Shown piece after piece: positions 1 to 15,700 of a DNA stretch of 36,519 nt. The stretch lies in assembly GCA_030141605.1 (NCBI GenBank), contig JAQGDQ010001525.1, forward strand, positions 1 through 36,519, read 5' to 3'. A program made the translations under genes and the position numbers. The first letter of the stretch is position 1. Each line of letters opens with the position of its first letter. Origin of the DNA: Tubiluchus corallicola (lineage: Eukaryota > Animalia > Priapulida). The notes beneath the pieces were generated by a model. That model saw nothing but the letters and a program-made list of their open reading frames with translations, was not told where the DNA came from and did not search any database.

Positions 1-85
1 ATATCTGAATTTCAGGAGACTCCGGGCCAAGTCAGTGGTGGTGACAGCCCTCGACTCCTGGCCAAGTCAGAAGGGGTGACAACCC
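1..85. mobile_element. Possible end of a hAT-type MITE with a locally duplicated terminus
   Basis: gactccgggccaagtcag...ggtgacagccct is followed by gactcctggccaagtcag...ggtgacaaccc; resembles AGGGTTGTCACC-type termini. Confidence 0.3.
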
Positions 86-544
86 AACCCGATTCCCTTT
101 GAATTTCGCATAGATCTGATAACGTGCAAGACGCCCCGATTATAAAATTTAGTTTTAGAATATTATTTAGCTAAACAAGCACCCAGTTCAATCACAACTT
201 TCAAATTGCAAGTCCTTGCTGAAATCCCCGATGCAGTTTCGTTTAAACATAAAATTGCCGTGCTCAAGTCTTCACTAAGGTTTTTTATTTACCTTTGTCA
301 AGGTTAACGAATTTTAAATTTGCTTAAGATGATCATGGAGGGTGTCTCTTCAAACATCAGCTGGTAAAATGCTGGTACCGTATATAGTAGTTACGTAGAA
401 CGTGTGTAAGTGTGCTTTACAGCATGGGTCTGTCTGTCTGTATGTCTGTATGTCCTCAAAACTATTTTAAACTTCATCCTCTGTAGATTGCTTTTATACT
501 TTTATTCCTAATATGATTACCCGTATTGCCAAGTGCATGATGAG

Positions 545-680
545 TCAGTTAATCAGTCAGTCCAATAGTCGGTTTGTCAGTCAGTCAGTCAGTCTGACAC
601 CCATCCATCCATCCGTCCATCCATCCATCCAGCCAGCCAGCCAGCCAGCTAGCCACCCAGTCAGTCAGTCAGTCCATCAA
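545..680. repeat. Compound tetranucleotide microsatellite (CAGT/CCAT/CCAG)
   Basis: Read directly. Confidence 0.85.
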
Positions 681-696
681 TCAAAATTACCATTAT

Positions 697-1074
697 AATA
701 AGCCTTTTCATAGTTTCGTTGCGTGCACGCATAGTTGCTGTAGGTAAAAGGTTAATTGTACCACAGCAACGCGTCTTTGCTACAACCATCACGTGATGTG
801 TGTGCAAAGCAAAGCCGTCTGCCGTATCAGTGTAGTAGTTTCACTTGTTTTACGTGGTCTTTACTTAATTATGCATTAGTGAGTGATTTACTAGCAGGAT
901 CTTGCTCAGGAACGAGAAAAAATGAACCAGGCAAGATTCTAGCTAGCTGTTAAAACTGTTACAATAGCTTTGGCCGAGATATTGTCAAGTGTACACAAAT
1001 GCGTTGTCTGGTACACTTAACCTTTGACCTTTTCACGATCACCATCAATCACTGGAACTGTGAAATGGCTTATT
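697..1074 (+). mobile_element. MITE family A, copy 1 (TIR AATAAGCCTTTTCACAGTT)
   Basis: Inverted termini; interior shared with six other copies in the window. Confidence 0.88.
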
Positions 1075-1077
1075 ACT

Positions 1078-1494
1078 CAAGATCTTGGACATTGACCATC
1101 AAAAAAGTTCCTGGACGTTGACTATCAAGCAAGATCCTGGACATTGACCATCAAGCAAGTTCCTGGACATTGACCATCAAGAAAGTTCCTGGACGTTGAC
1201 CATCAAGCAAGAACCTGGACGTTGACCATCAGGTAAGTTCCTGGACGTTGGCCATCAAGCAAGTTCTTGGACGTTGACCATCAAGCAAGTTCGTGGACAT
1301 TGACCATCAAGCAAGTTCGTGGACATTGACTATCAAGCAAGTTCTTGGACGTTGACCATCAAGCAAGTTCGTGGACATTGACCATCACGCAAGTTCCTGG
1401 ACGTTGGCCATCAAGCAAGTTCCTGGACGTTGACCACCAAGCAAGTTCCTGGACGTTGACCATCAAGCAAGTTCCTGGACGTTGACCATCAAGC
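1078..1494. repeat. Minisatellite, 26-bp unit TTGACCATCAAGCAAGTTCCTGGACG, about 16 copies
   Basis: Head-to-tail units read directly. Confidence 0.95.
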
Positions 1495-1806
1495 GGAGGA
1501 AGCGTCTATGACATGGGGCGCTTAACTGGTTTCAGATGGGGAGGTTCAAGAACAGGTTGATTTAACCTGATGCCCAGGGTTTCCCCCGATGGCTTCTTTT
1601 ACCTTAGAACACGTGAATAAACAACGCCTGTTCTCCCTGCATCATGGCTTCACTATCATGGCTTCACAAGTGCGCGGAGTTGTAAAAATAAACAAAATTG
1701 GGCCAATAGACTGGCGCAGTTTATTAGTATTCTATATTATAAGAGGGAATTAGTTCAGCTCCACAAGGTCAGTGAGAAAAAAGACAATTTTGCTGCTTAC
1801 TGGTGG

Positions 1807-2192
1807 AATCAGCCTTTTCACAGTTCCAGCGATTGATGATGATCGTGAAAAAAGCCAAAGGTTAAGTGTACCAGATAACGCATTTGTGTACACTTGACAA
1901 CACCTCGCAGCCCAAACGATTGTAATAGTAACAGTTTTAACAGCTAGCTAGAATCTTACCTAGTTCATTTTCTCTTGTTCCCAAGCAAAATCTGCTATAA
2001 ATCACTTTACGCACAGACTAATGCATAATTAAGTAAAGTCTGTGTAAAACAACCGAAGTTACTAAACCGATGCGACAAACGGCTTTGCTTATATGTCACG
2101 TGACGGTTGTAGTTAAGCCGCCTAATGGTACACTTAACCTTTGACCTACAGCAACTGCACTTGCGCACAGGGAAACTGTGTAAAGGCTCATT
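1807..2192 (-). mobile_element. MITE family A, copy 2
   Basis: aatcagccttttcacagtt ... aactgtgtaaaggctcatt; reverse-complement homolog of copy 1. Confidence 0.88.
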
Positions 2193-2406
2193 CAAAGTGT
2201 ACGTCACGTGACGTTTCTTAAATACGTACACTGTAGAACTAACTTTTTATCGTAATAAGGCGCTAAAACTATTAAAAAACGGGCAAATCAAAATTTCCGC
2301 TTTTGTAAATTTGTCATTTAATTATGCGGTATAAGATTATTGATTATTGGATTACCATACATGTGTGTTTTCTTGAAAAATGGGGAGGTATTTCAGCAGT
2401 CTCTTA

Positions 2407-2996
2407 CGGGCACGTTCAGACCAGCGAGTTCTCTCTGACAGCAAACTCGCACGTGTGAACTCCTTTGCGAATTACTGTCGACAAGACACTGCAAACTATG
2501 CGACAGTTGTTGCGAGTTGATTTGCTACGAGTTACTGTCTAGTGTGAACGCTTCTGCGAGTTGATTTGCTACGAGTTACTGTCTAGTGTGAACGCCTGTG
2601 CGAGTTGATTTGCTACGAGTTACTGTCTAGTGTGAACGCTTCGGCGAGTTGATTTGCTACTAGTTACTGTCTAGTGTGAATGCCTCTGCGAGTTGATTTG
2701 CTACTAGTTACTGTCTAGTGTGAACGCTTCTGCGAGTTGATTTGCTACTAGTTACTGTCTAGTGTGAACGCTTCGGCGAGTTGATTTGCTACGAGTTACT
2801 GTCTAGTGTGAACGCTTCGGCGAGTTGACTCCTAAGAATTACTGTCTAGTGTGAACGCTTCCGCGAGTTACTCTCGACCCTTCTCGCAGCGAATAGAGAA
2901 GTGAATGTTGGAGCGTAACTGCAACAAGCTTTGCTGTCTAGTCTGAACACGTTTGCGAATCGCGTAGCGAGAAAACTCGCTAGTCTGAACGTGCCA
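2407..2996. mobile_element. PIF/Harbinger-like MITE containing a 44-bp tandem array (about 2512-2870, about 8 copies)
   Basis: TIR GGCACGTTCAGAC(C/T)AGCGAGTT at both ends, flanked by TTA at 2404-2406 and 2997-2999. Confidence 0.8.
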
Positions 2997-4037
2997 TTAC
3001 ATTCTAGAGAAATAGGAAGTGAAATTTTTGATACAGCAAATTAAAAACTATTAATTATAACTTAAAGTACAAAGAAACCATCCACTTATGTAAGCTTAAA
3101 AAATTCGTCTTGAAATTTTATACCATTTACGTACTGCCTTTTTGCATGCAGGGCTTGCGTCAGCAGTAACGCTGTATAAAATATGTAAATATAAATCTTG
3201 CGATGACTGTTAGACGCAGCTATTTTGACAATAGATCATTTGAAACAATTTTGATAACACCGAGTAAAGTTTGAAAAATAACCAGAGCATTCATAGTACA
3301 CGTGTCACTAAGTACAATTTTAAATTACTGTATCTTGTCAGTAAGATTAAAAATACGTTTTTTGGTCAGTGAGTGGCGCACCCTTGTGGCACGAACGTTT
3401 TAAATTATTATTTCTAATTACATAAGTCTTTCCAACAGGTAAGTGAGATGCTAAGTAATATAACTTTGCATGGAAAGTGTTTCTGGAACACAATTTAACG
3501 TTGCCTTTTCTTCCCCTGATTTACGTTTGCGTAAGTGACGTCACGTAATGGCGACTTCGGAACGGGAGATTTAAAATGAAAACAAACAAAAATTCCCTTT
3601 AACATCAGTAGGATATGCGCATAGAATTGCTGTAAAGTAATATAATTTTTTAAGACGATTTTGCTGAAACCCACTTCAGTTAAATATTGACTTGTCCTTT
3701 AACACAACGAATTATTCCAACACGTTTTGCAACTGTTTCAACACTGTATGTCATTTGGTAGCCGCTGCTAAATTGATTTTCAACTTTCGCGTTTTTATTA
3801 CCCCAGAAGGAACTAGTAAAGTTAATTTACATGTATATTGACTGTACGAACACTCGAGTTTTGTCTTCCCCAAAATCAACTTTCTTCAATTACTGGAAGC
3901 TTCCCAGATCTGAATGGCTTCCATTGATGCGTGGTCCACGTGCGCAAAAACAAAGTTTCTTTCATGCCTCCACCAATGAAATCATTTCTCTTCGTTACTT
4001 TCTCACTCGTCTTCCAGTCCCTCTTCTGAATTTCCGG

Positions 4038-7209
<3,172 letters not shown>

Positions 7210-7369
7210 GTTTGTGCGATGGAAGATTAAGACTTATTCACTGTAACTGTTACCGTTTAGGTGTCTAAACCTAGTTGATTGGGATTAGTATCATGCCAAG
7301 GTTGCATGGCTTCTACGTGATTTGAAATCATTTACACTGAGGTAGTTATTTTACCTTCTGTACTTACAG

Positions 7370-7399
7370 GTGAGGACCAAATTGATCAGAGCTATAACA
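7370..7399 (+). CDS. Mp: Multiplexin 30-nt micro-exon (G)EDQIDQSYN(T), phase 1-1
   Basis: Acceptor ttaccttctgtacttacag| and donor a|gtacgt; phase fits the 9609 exon. Confidence 0.6.
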
Positions 7400-10300
7400 G
7401 TACGTGCAGAGGCGTAGCCAGGTTTTAAAATTTAGAGGGTGCAAAGCACGTGAAAAGGCGTCGTGACAGGGGCGTAGCCAGGTCCTAAAGTTAGGGGGAG
7501 GCAAACCACATGAAAAGGTACCGTGACAGGGGCGTAGCCAGGTCCTAAAGTTAAGGGGGGGAGGTAAAGCACATGAAAAGGCGTCGTGACAGGGGCGTAG
7601 CCAGGTCCTAAAGTTAGGGGGGAGGCAAAGCACATGAAAAGGTACCGTGACAGGGACGTAGCCAGGTCCTAAAGTTAGGGGGGGGGGAGGCAAAGCACAT
7701 GAAAAGGTGTCGTGACAGGGGCGTAGCCAGGTCCTAAAGTTAGGGGGGAGGCAAAGCACATGAAAAGGTACCGTGACAGGGACGTAGCCAGGTCCTAAAG
7801 TTAGGGGGGCAAAGCACATGAAAAGGTACCGTGACAGGGGCGTAGCCAGGTCCTAAAGTTAGAGGGGAGCAAAGCACAAGAAAAGGCGCCGTGACAGGGG
7901 CGTAGCCAGGTCCTAAAGTTAGGGGGGAAAGCATAAGAAAAGGCGCTTTGACAGGGGCGTAGCCAGGTCCTAAAGTTAGGGGGGCACAGCATAAGAAAAG
8001 GCGCCGTGAAAGGGGCGTGGCCAGGTCCTAAAGTTAGGGGGGGAAAGCATAAGAAAAGGCGCCGTGACAGGGGCGTAGCCAGGTCCTAAAGTTAGGGGGA
8101 ACAGCATAAGAAAAGGCGCCGTGAAAGGGGCGTAGCCAGGTCCTAAAGGTAGGGGGGAAAGCATAAGAAAAGGCGCTTTGACAGGGGCGTAGCCAGGTCT
8201 AAAGTTAGGGGGAGCACAGCATAAGAAAAGGCGCCGTGACACATAATTATCAAACAATTGTTAATACAGCGATTATGAAGGAACTACAACAGTTTCTTTC
8301 ATCTAGGCTTCATTTTAGAAAAGTAACTATTGTTATAATTCATCTCAGTAGCCAACTCTCTTTCAATGGAGAGCAAAACTAACCCAGACAATCTATCCTC
8401 CACCATTGTAGAAAGAAGATAGGATTTTATCTGTTTCAATCGATTAAAGCTTCGCTTAGCAATTGCACAAATGAAATAAAAAGTTGTTGAAAAGATGCCC
8501 ATTTCGAAAAGCGTGCTAGAAGGAGCGCTTGCTGACACCCCCCCCCCATTCCCTCTGCTCTCCCATTAGTTACGTTAGTGAATGCATGTAATTTTATATA
8601 CTTTATATTTATATTATATTCATATTCGTATGAAATGAATGAATGAAGTTATTTTTATTTGTACTTATAACAAAATAATAATGCACAGATAAAATAGTAA
8701 AATGTTAGGAGTTTTGGTGCACCGTGGTTTGCTCCAAAGGTGGAATAACCTGCCCTTAACAAGCCAGGAAGAAAATCAGGTACACAAAATCACGATCATA
8801 CAAACTTTACGAGAGCTATTTGATTCAAGATTTCAATATTTATTTCAAAATTTATTTATTTAGTAATAACTTTCTGTAATAACTTAAATCTGTAAATTAC
8901 AAAATTAATAGTAAAGCTGTGTGCCTGAGGTGGGCTAAAATGGTAGTGCAGCCGCTTAAATTAAAGGCCACCTCAAGAAGAATGGAAAAGGACAAAGAGA
9001 GGGATGGATGAAAAGAACGAAAAGGAAGAATTGCAGAGAAACAGAAAGGCTATGTCGAGGTGAAAGCCAGTGCTGTGCCAAACAACGATGACAACGATAT
9101 CAATAATAACAATAAAACAACAACAACAACAACAATAATAATAATAATGACGTCATTATCACCATTGTTGGTAAAATGATAAGTAATGACTATAGTAACT
9201 ATTAATAAATTTTAAAGCTGAATTAACATAAAAGTTCCACTTAAGGGGATCCCTGTGCGACTGATAACGCGATTTTAATTTTACGTAATTTTGCGTTTTT
9301 TGCACATTCAATTTTTGTTAATCATTTATAATTTAGATTATCCATTAGAGTGTTTTTTATTTACATGTATTCAGTTGTAAAATTGTGCAGTAGGGTTGCC
9401 ACCACTCGTGACTTCGGTTCATGACGGAGTGGCAACTCTACTGTTGAGTGAAAAACACGTTTTCTCTGTATTGTATTTTGTGTTTGCTCATTTAAATTAT
9501 TTTGTGGAATTCCCACTCAGTAGGTATGAGTTATGTTTTAGTATAGTTAGGTATGAGTTCTGTTTTGTTTTAGTCGTAAATTTCATTTTATGTTTTTTTA
9601 GTTTGTAGCAAGTGGGAATGGAGCTGAGCCAGGGCAAAAGGTATTGTTCTTCAAATTCACTTCTTCTGTACGTTTGTTTATGTTTATCGTGTGGGACGGT
9701 CAATATTTTCAAAACTAATTCATGCAGTCTGTTATTATTAGGGCCGAGCAAAATGTTTCGCGTTCTAAAAAGCGTTAGCCAAACCAAACCAATCTCCCAA
9801 GCGATTCCAGTTCATCTGGTACAGTTTATTCTGTTTATTCACAAATTTTATTAATTTCATTTGGTACGATAAGATTTTCCTGACTTCCGTTGGCTTACTT
9901 AATAGTCCTCGTATTACCTGAGCTTATTTCTAAAATTCAAGAAATTTGTTTTTTTTTGTCGTTGTTGTTGATTTAAATTCCAAACAAATATGTAGTCAAA
10001 CGTAATAAAATCGCATGCCGTCGAGCCGAGCAGTTCCTTAGGTCCAGTTTTAGTGCTCTAACATTGGTGTTTATATGGTGCGCTAAGATTGCTGCGTTTA
10101 AAACGAAAGACGCCAGTACTATGGTAACAAAGCTGGCGTTCAGATGGCAACCATAGCAACTGGCGCGTGGGTTTTTGAGTTTATGTACTGTACTTCTCAT
10201 GTTTATTGTACTTGACGAAAGTCTTCTAAGCAAAGTTTAGAGAATAAGACGGCCGTATGCAATCAAAATGAAGATTTATACACTAGAACAAAAGAAATTC

Positions 10301-12765
10301 CTTTGAGTTCAAAAGTCAAGATCTGAAGATTAAGATGGCTAGGACACCTATGATTGCCAAGTGAAGTACGAGTAAGAATCGCCCTAAAGGAAGCCTTAAA
10401 ACCTTGGAAAAAACCACCTGGCACACCAAACACAATTTGGATAGCTAAGATAAATAAAGATGTTCAACAACTTCAACCAAATCTATCTTTAGGATAGAAG
10501 ATAGAAGCTGGATACTAGCTGCAGATAGAGGTGGATGGAATACTCTAATATTAATGTAAATCTCTCAGTGCCTACAGTAGATGGAATGAGACCTTGAAGA
10601 AGAAGAAGAAGAAGAAGAAGAAAGTATTTTGACATTAAAAGACGTGAATTCACATAATGTACAATAAACTAATGTACATCACAGTACAGTACTGTCTAAT
10701 CTCTAAGGCTCATTGCTACTTCCACAATTATGAATACTACTTATGATAATGTTTTCAATTGCTGATTTTTTAGCCTGATTATGATTCGATGGTAGCAGCT
10801 CTGGGAGAAGGTGACATAGAGAATGACTATGGTCTTATACCACTAGGCAGTGGAGCTGCTCCGTTTCTGAAAGGTGTCAAAGGATCTAAAGGCCAGAAGG
10901 GAGAGCCAGGACGACCAGGTATTGCTTCTTCTAGATTATTGTTATAGTAATCTATTTTAAACTGTTTGTGTTGAACATCGTGATATCAGTTATTCATAAA
11001 TTCATAAATTTGAGTGGACTTGTGTTGTGTAAATACCTGACGCTGGTGTTGTTCAGGACAAGTGTATGGAGGTAGTTCAGTGGTAGTAATCCTCTGATAT
11101 TCTTACCTTTGTGGTAGACAAAACTAAACTCAAACTAATACCAAACCTGTTTTTGTTGCTCCATGTAATTAGTAGAGTTAGTACTTTTTGTGTTTGTTTA
11201 TTACACTCATATCTCGGTTTGCCGGACTTCACTTTTATGGATATCGGAAAAATCGGACAAAATTTGGACCGTTAAAGATCCCATGTACTATGGACACAGT
11301 CCGTTGTTTAGCGAGTTAAGCGCTAGTTGGCGGCTGTCACTTTGTTTACATCATTACATCAGTGTAACCAAGCAGCTTGTAACGACACTTGTAGTTCGCA
11401 TATTAGGAGTGGCCCATACTAGACGTTTTTGAGGCAATTAGGTGACTGATTCTACATTACAGGGAGTCTGATACACGGTGCCTACTTTATTAACTTAGTA
11501 TCGGCAAATACGGATAATCGGCAAATTCGGACCGACGTCTCCCCGCGTTTGGCCAGCAAACCAAGATATGAGTGTAATATTATTTTTACTGTGGTAGGCC
11601 ATTACATCAGTGTAACCAAGCAGCGTGTAACGACACGTGTGTAGGATATATGTTATATGGTATAATTATATGGCAACTTTTGATGCTGAGATAAAGGATC
11701 ATTTCAATTGTAATCATTGTCTCAAACATAAGATATAAAAGGGTGCAGTAGTGTCATAACTTCCATCGGAATGCAAAGCATATAATGTAGCCATAGACAA
11801 AACATCACCTTGAGGTTAAACATCATCCAGAGTTTATGCAAACTGCAATGCACACAGTTTATATATTTTACGCAGACTGAAAGTTTAGCATGTTAGTTTG
11901 CAAGCATTTTGATTTTGTTAGAAATTTTGCACCAATTTTACTCACATTTGCCTAGCCATTAGTTTCAGAAACAATGCCAATGAAACAATGTCAATGAAAC
12001 AATGCCTTGTAAGTTCTTCAGATCCGTCCAAGCAAGAAATGTCAGCTGCATTATTATTTTCTTTAGTTATATGAGGTAAAATAAGCTTTTCTGTAGTTTT
12101 GTTGTGCAAACGTGCAATTACTGTCAAACGTAGTGTAAGTGTACCTCCAGCAATGTGACTTAATTATAAGCGTCATGTTAGTAAAATGAAGCCGTCTGTC
12201 ACATCAGTTCAGCAACTTCAGTTATTGTATGTTTGCTTTGCTTAATTGCGAATTAGTCTGTCATTTACTAGCAGGATCTTGATTGGGAACAACAAAAAAT
12301 GAACTAGGTAAGGTTGTAGCTAGCTGTTAAAACTGTTGCTATTAGAATAGCTTAGACTGTCAGGCGTTGTCAAGTGTACACAAATGCGTTGTTTGGTACA
12401 TTTAACCTTTGACCTTTTTGCGGTCATCATCGATTGCTGGAACTGTGAAAGGGCTTATTGTCCATTCAACTGTTGGTCTTACTATGACATCATTTTTTTC
12501 AGCGATTGTTCCTCCTCCTGTAATTGGTCCTCCTCCGCCGATGTTCGAACTGAAAGGAGAAAAAGGAGATCAAGGACTGACTGGACCACCTGGAATTAAA
12601 GGAGAGCGGGTATGTTTAACAGGATGTGTGTAATAACTATGATCGATTGTTTGTCTGTCTGTTCTTAGCATCAGTGAAACATATGACTGCCTTGGTCATC
12701 ATAAATCAAAGTGATCAAGAGTTTTCTTTATCCGTTTCTTTCTGCTTCTTTCTTTCTGCTTCTCT

Positions 12766-12797
<32 letters not shown>

Positions 12798-15700
12798 CCT
12801 CTCACTTTTTCTTTCATTTTCTCCTCACTGTTTCGTTTTTGTTGCGATGAACCCTCGTAATTTCTTAATTCCACCCGTTCTTTTTTAATTTTTGTACCAG
12901 TGACACTCATCTTTTTCTGTTTTGTTCCCATTTTGCAGTAAAATCTGTTTGTTTGTTAGTTTGCTTGTTTTTCTGTTGAATTATTATTGTCAAAATTCAT
13001 GCAATACTTTGATGTACTTGTGCTTTAATTGACTAGTGAAGATGATTTGTGTTTTATATTGAAATACCTGGTAGGGTGAACCGGGCCCACCTGGTGGCAG
13101 TAATGGCGTTGGTAGTTGGTTTGGCGGTGGCTCTGGTGACGGAATACAAATACCCGGACCTCCGGGGCCTCCAGGACCTGTTGGCATGCCCGGACAGCCA
13201 GGAAGGAAGGGAGCAAAAGGTGACAGGGTAGGAACCTTGAATATTCATTTTTTTATTATCACTGAACTGAATGGCAATATGGTATTCCACAGATTTAGTA
13301 ACTTACATGGTGCGTTTTTGTTAAAGGAAAGCATGACGATTGTGTAGACATTAGTTCACAATAATGTATGCTCTAAAATATTGAAAACTACAACACTTTT
13401 TTATATCAAAGCTTGGTTCAAATAATAATTACCTCGATAGTTAAATTTAATTAAACTTTCAAAGCTATGTGTGGTTCAGCGAATCAGCTAAGACTGGCAA
13501 AGGCACCTTTTTGCACATCTGCGTGGGCGTCAAATAGGCACTGTACCGTGATAGTGCAGTGTTCGTATGGGTAGTCTGTGTGATGTACAGCTCATTTTCG
13601 TCACATCACATCAGTGTGTCTTACAGCAATCTTCTTTAACGCAAACGTGCTTGACGTGCAGGGAAGATGCCTACCATTGCCCAAACTGTAGTTAATTTGT
13701 GACATAAGTGATAGCTGTATTCGGTTGCCGTTAATTAACATTCCAAGGTAATTATTCAAATATTAGAAGCAATTGTTAACTTTTATAGGCAAGAAAATGT
13801 ATATTTTGGACAGTAAATTAAAATGACATTGTGTGTAATCAATTGTCTAGTTTTCCTTTAGCAATGTATTATATTATATATGTGATTCATCTACACATAA
13901 TGTGATGACATAGTTACACGAATGGTCTGTTGTTTTGGCTAATTTATGATTCTTCGCATCCTGGTCACATTCACATTTGCTGCTTCGGATGTGACTAATC
14001 ATAAATTATCAGACAACCATTTAGCATGAGATGCCAATGCTAATGTTTGATTATTCTGTTTATTATTTTACCCATTCGTTTTAGGGTGAAAGCATTATCG
14101 GTCCTCCCGGATTACCCGGACCGCCCGGACCACCTGGAACAGCTTACCAACCGGACGGGTCTGGCCTTTCCCTAGATGGAATGTTTACATCTGGCGATGG
14201 GGTATCTTGATAGAGTTCAATACAATCGTTTTATCTGTTTTTCTTAGTTAAGAAATTCTTCATGGTGAAATGGATTCCAGCAAGAATTTTATTTAAAATT
14301 ACGCTCGGTTTGCCGGACAAAAGCCGGAAGACGTCAGTCCGAATTTTCCGATTGTCCGTATTTACCAATACTAAGCTAATACAGCTAGCGCCTTGTGTTA
14401 GACTCATGGCAACGTAGAAGCGGGGAGATGAGTCAGCAATTAGAGTCAATAGTCTAATTGTCTCAAAAACGTCTAGTATGAGCCGTTCCTGTGCAATATA
14501 TATAAAAACTGTTGGCAATTGACTCAAATAACTCCGCTTAATTGTTTTCTGAACATATTTAAATAAGATATTTTTGTATGACCGATGAGCTTGTACTATT
14601 TTTATGTCGTCTAACTTCGCTTTTGTGCACGATTTTTATACGTAGAAGCAATCGTGTACAGTTTGTTTGTAAGCAAGATGTAAACAAAGTGACGGTGAGC
14701 CGACTAGTGGTCAGCGGATTATGTAGTTGTCCAGATTTTGTCTGATTCTTCTGATATCCATAAAAGTGATGTCTGGCAAACCGAGATATGAGTGTATTTT
14801 CATCCACTTGCAGATGTTCAATTGTTTTAAAGTTTCTTAATTAATTCTATCTTATAAATTTCAGCATTTGGGCATGGGTGTGCCCGGGCCGATTGGACCG
14901 AGGGGTCCACCGGGGCTACCCGGACCACGCGGCTTGCCGGGCGTTTGCGGGTGTCAAAATGATACAGCAGCTGAAATCTTCGGCGGAACGAGACCATATG
15001 TAAGTGATAAATCTACGCAGTTGTGCATTAAAATCTCCAGTCTTTCAAAATGTGTGTTAAATGAGACAAAGTGGCAAATACCTTAACCTTGGTCGGACGA
15101 GATGGGTCATTTACTGCTACAGGACCTGTTCCACTATGGGTAGTAGGTCACTTGCTGTTGCAGGACTTGTTCCACTATGGGTTCTAGGTCAATTGCTGTT
15201 GCAGGACCTATTCCACTATGGGTGATAGATCATTTGCTGTTACAGGACCTGTTCCGTTATGGGTGATAGATCATTTGCTGTTACAGGACCTGTTCCGTTA
15301 TGGGTGATAGATCATTTGCTGTTACAGGACATGTTCCGTTATGGGTGATAGATCATTTGCTGTTGCAGGACCTATTCCACTATGGGTGATAGGTCATTTG
15401 TTGTTGCAGGACCTGTTCCACTATGGGTGATAGGTCATTTGCTGTTGCAGGACCTGTTCCACTATGGATGATAGGTCATTTGTTGTCGCAGGATCAACTC
15501 TGTGGAACAACCTGCCTACTCATACCATGACATTCTCAAACACTAACACTTTTAAAATACAGATTAAAACAAACTTTTTTAAGATAACATATAATCTTTG
15601 AAGCAATCGAAATTTTGATTCATTATTATATGTTTGTATTTTATGAATCTGTATGTTTTTTATCTATATTTACTTAATGTAATTTTATGATATTTGGTAT

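Noticed and set aside
3536-3556. CRE palindrome TGACGTCA plus ATGGCG as an internal promoter
   Set aside because: Similar motifs recur inside transposon remnants here (e.g. about 21659 and 30034); no independent promoter evidence
7364-8257. Repetitive Pro/Gly ORFs ([11 protein letters not shown])
   Set aside because: Translation of the hAT terminal array; frames shift with G-run length
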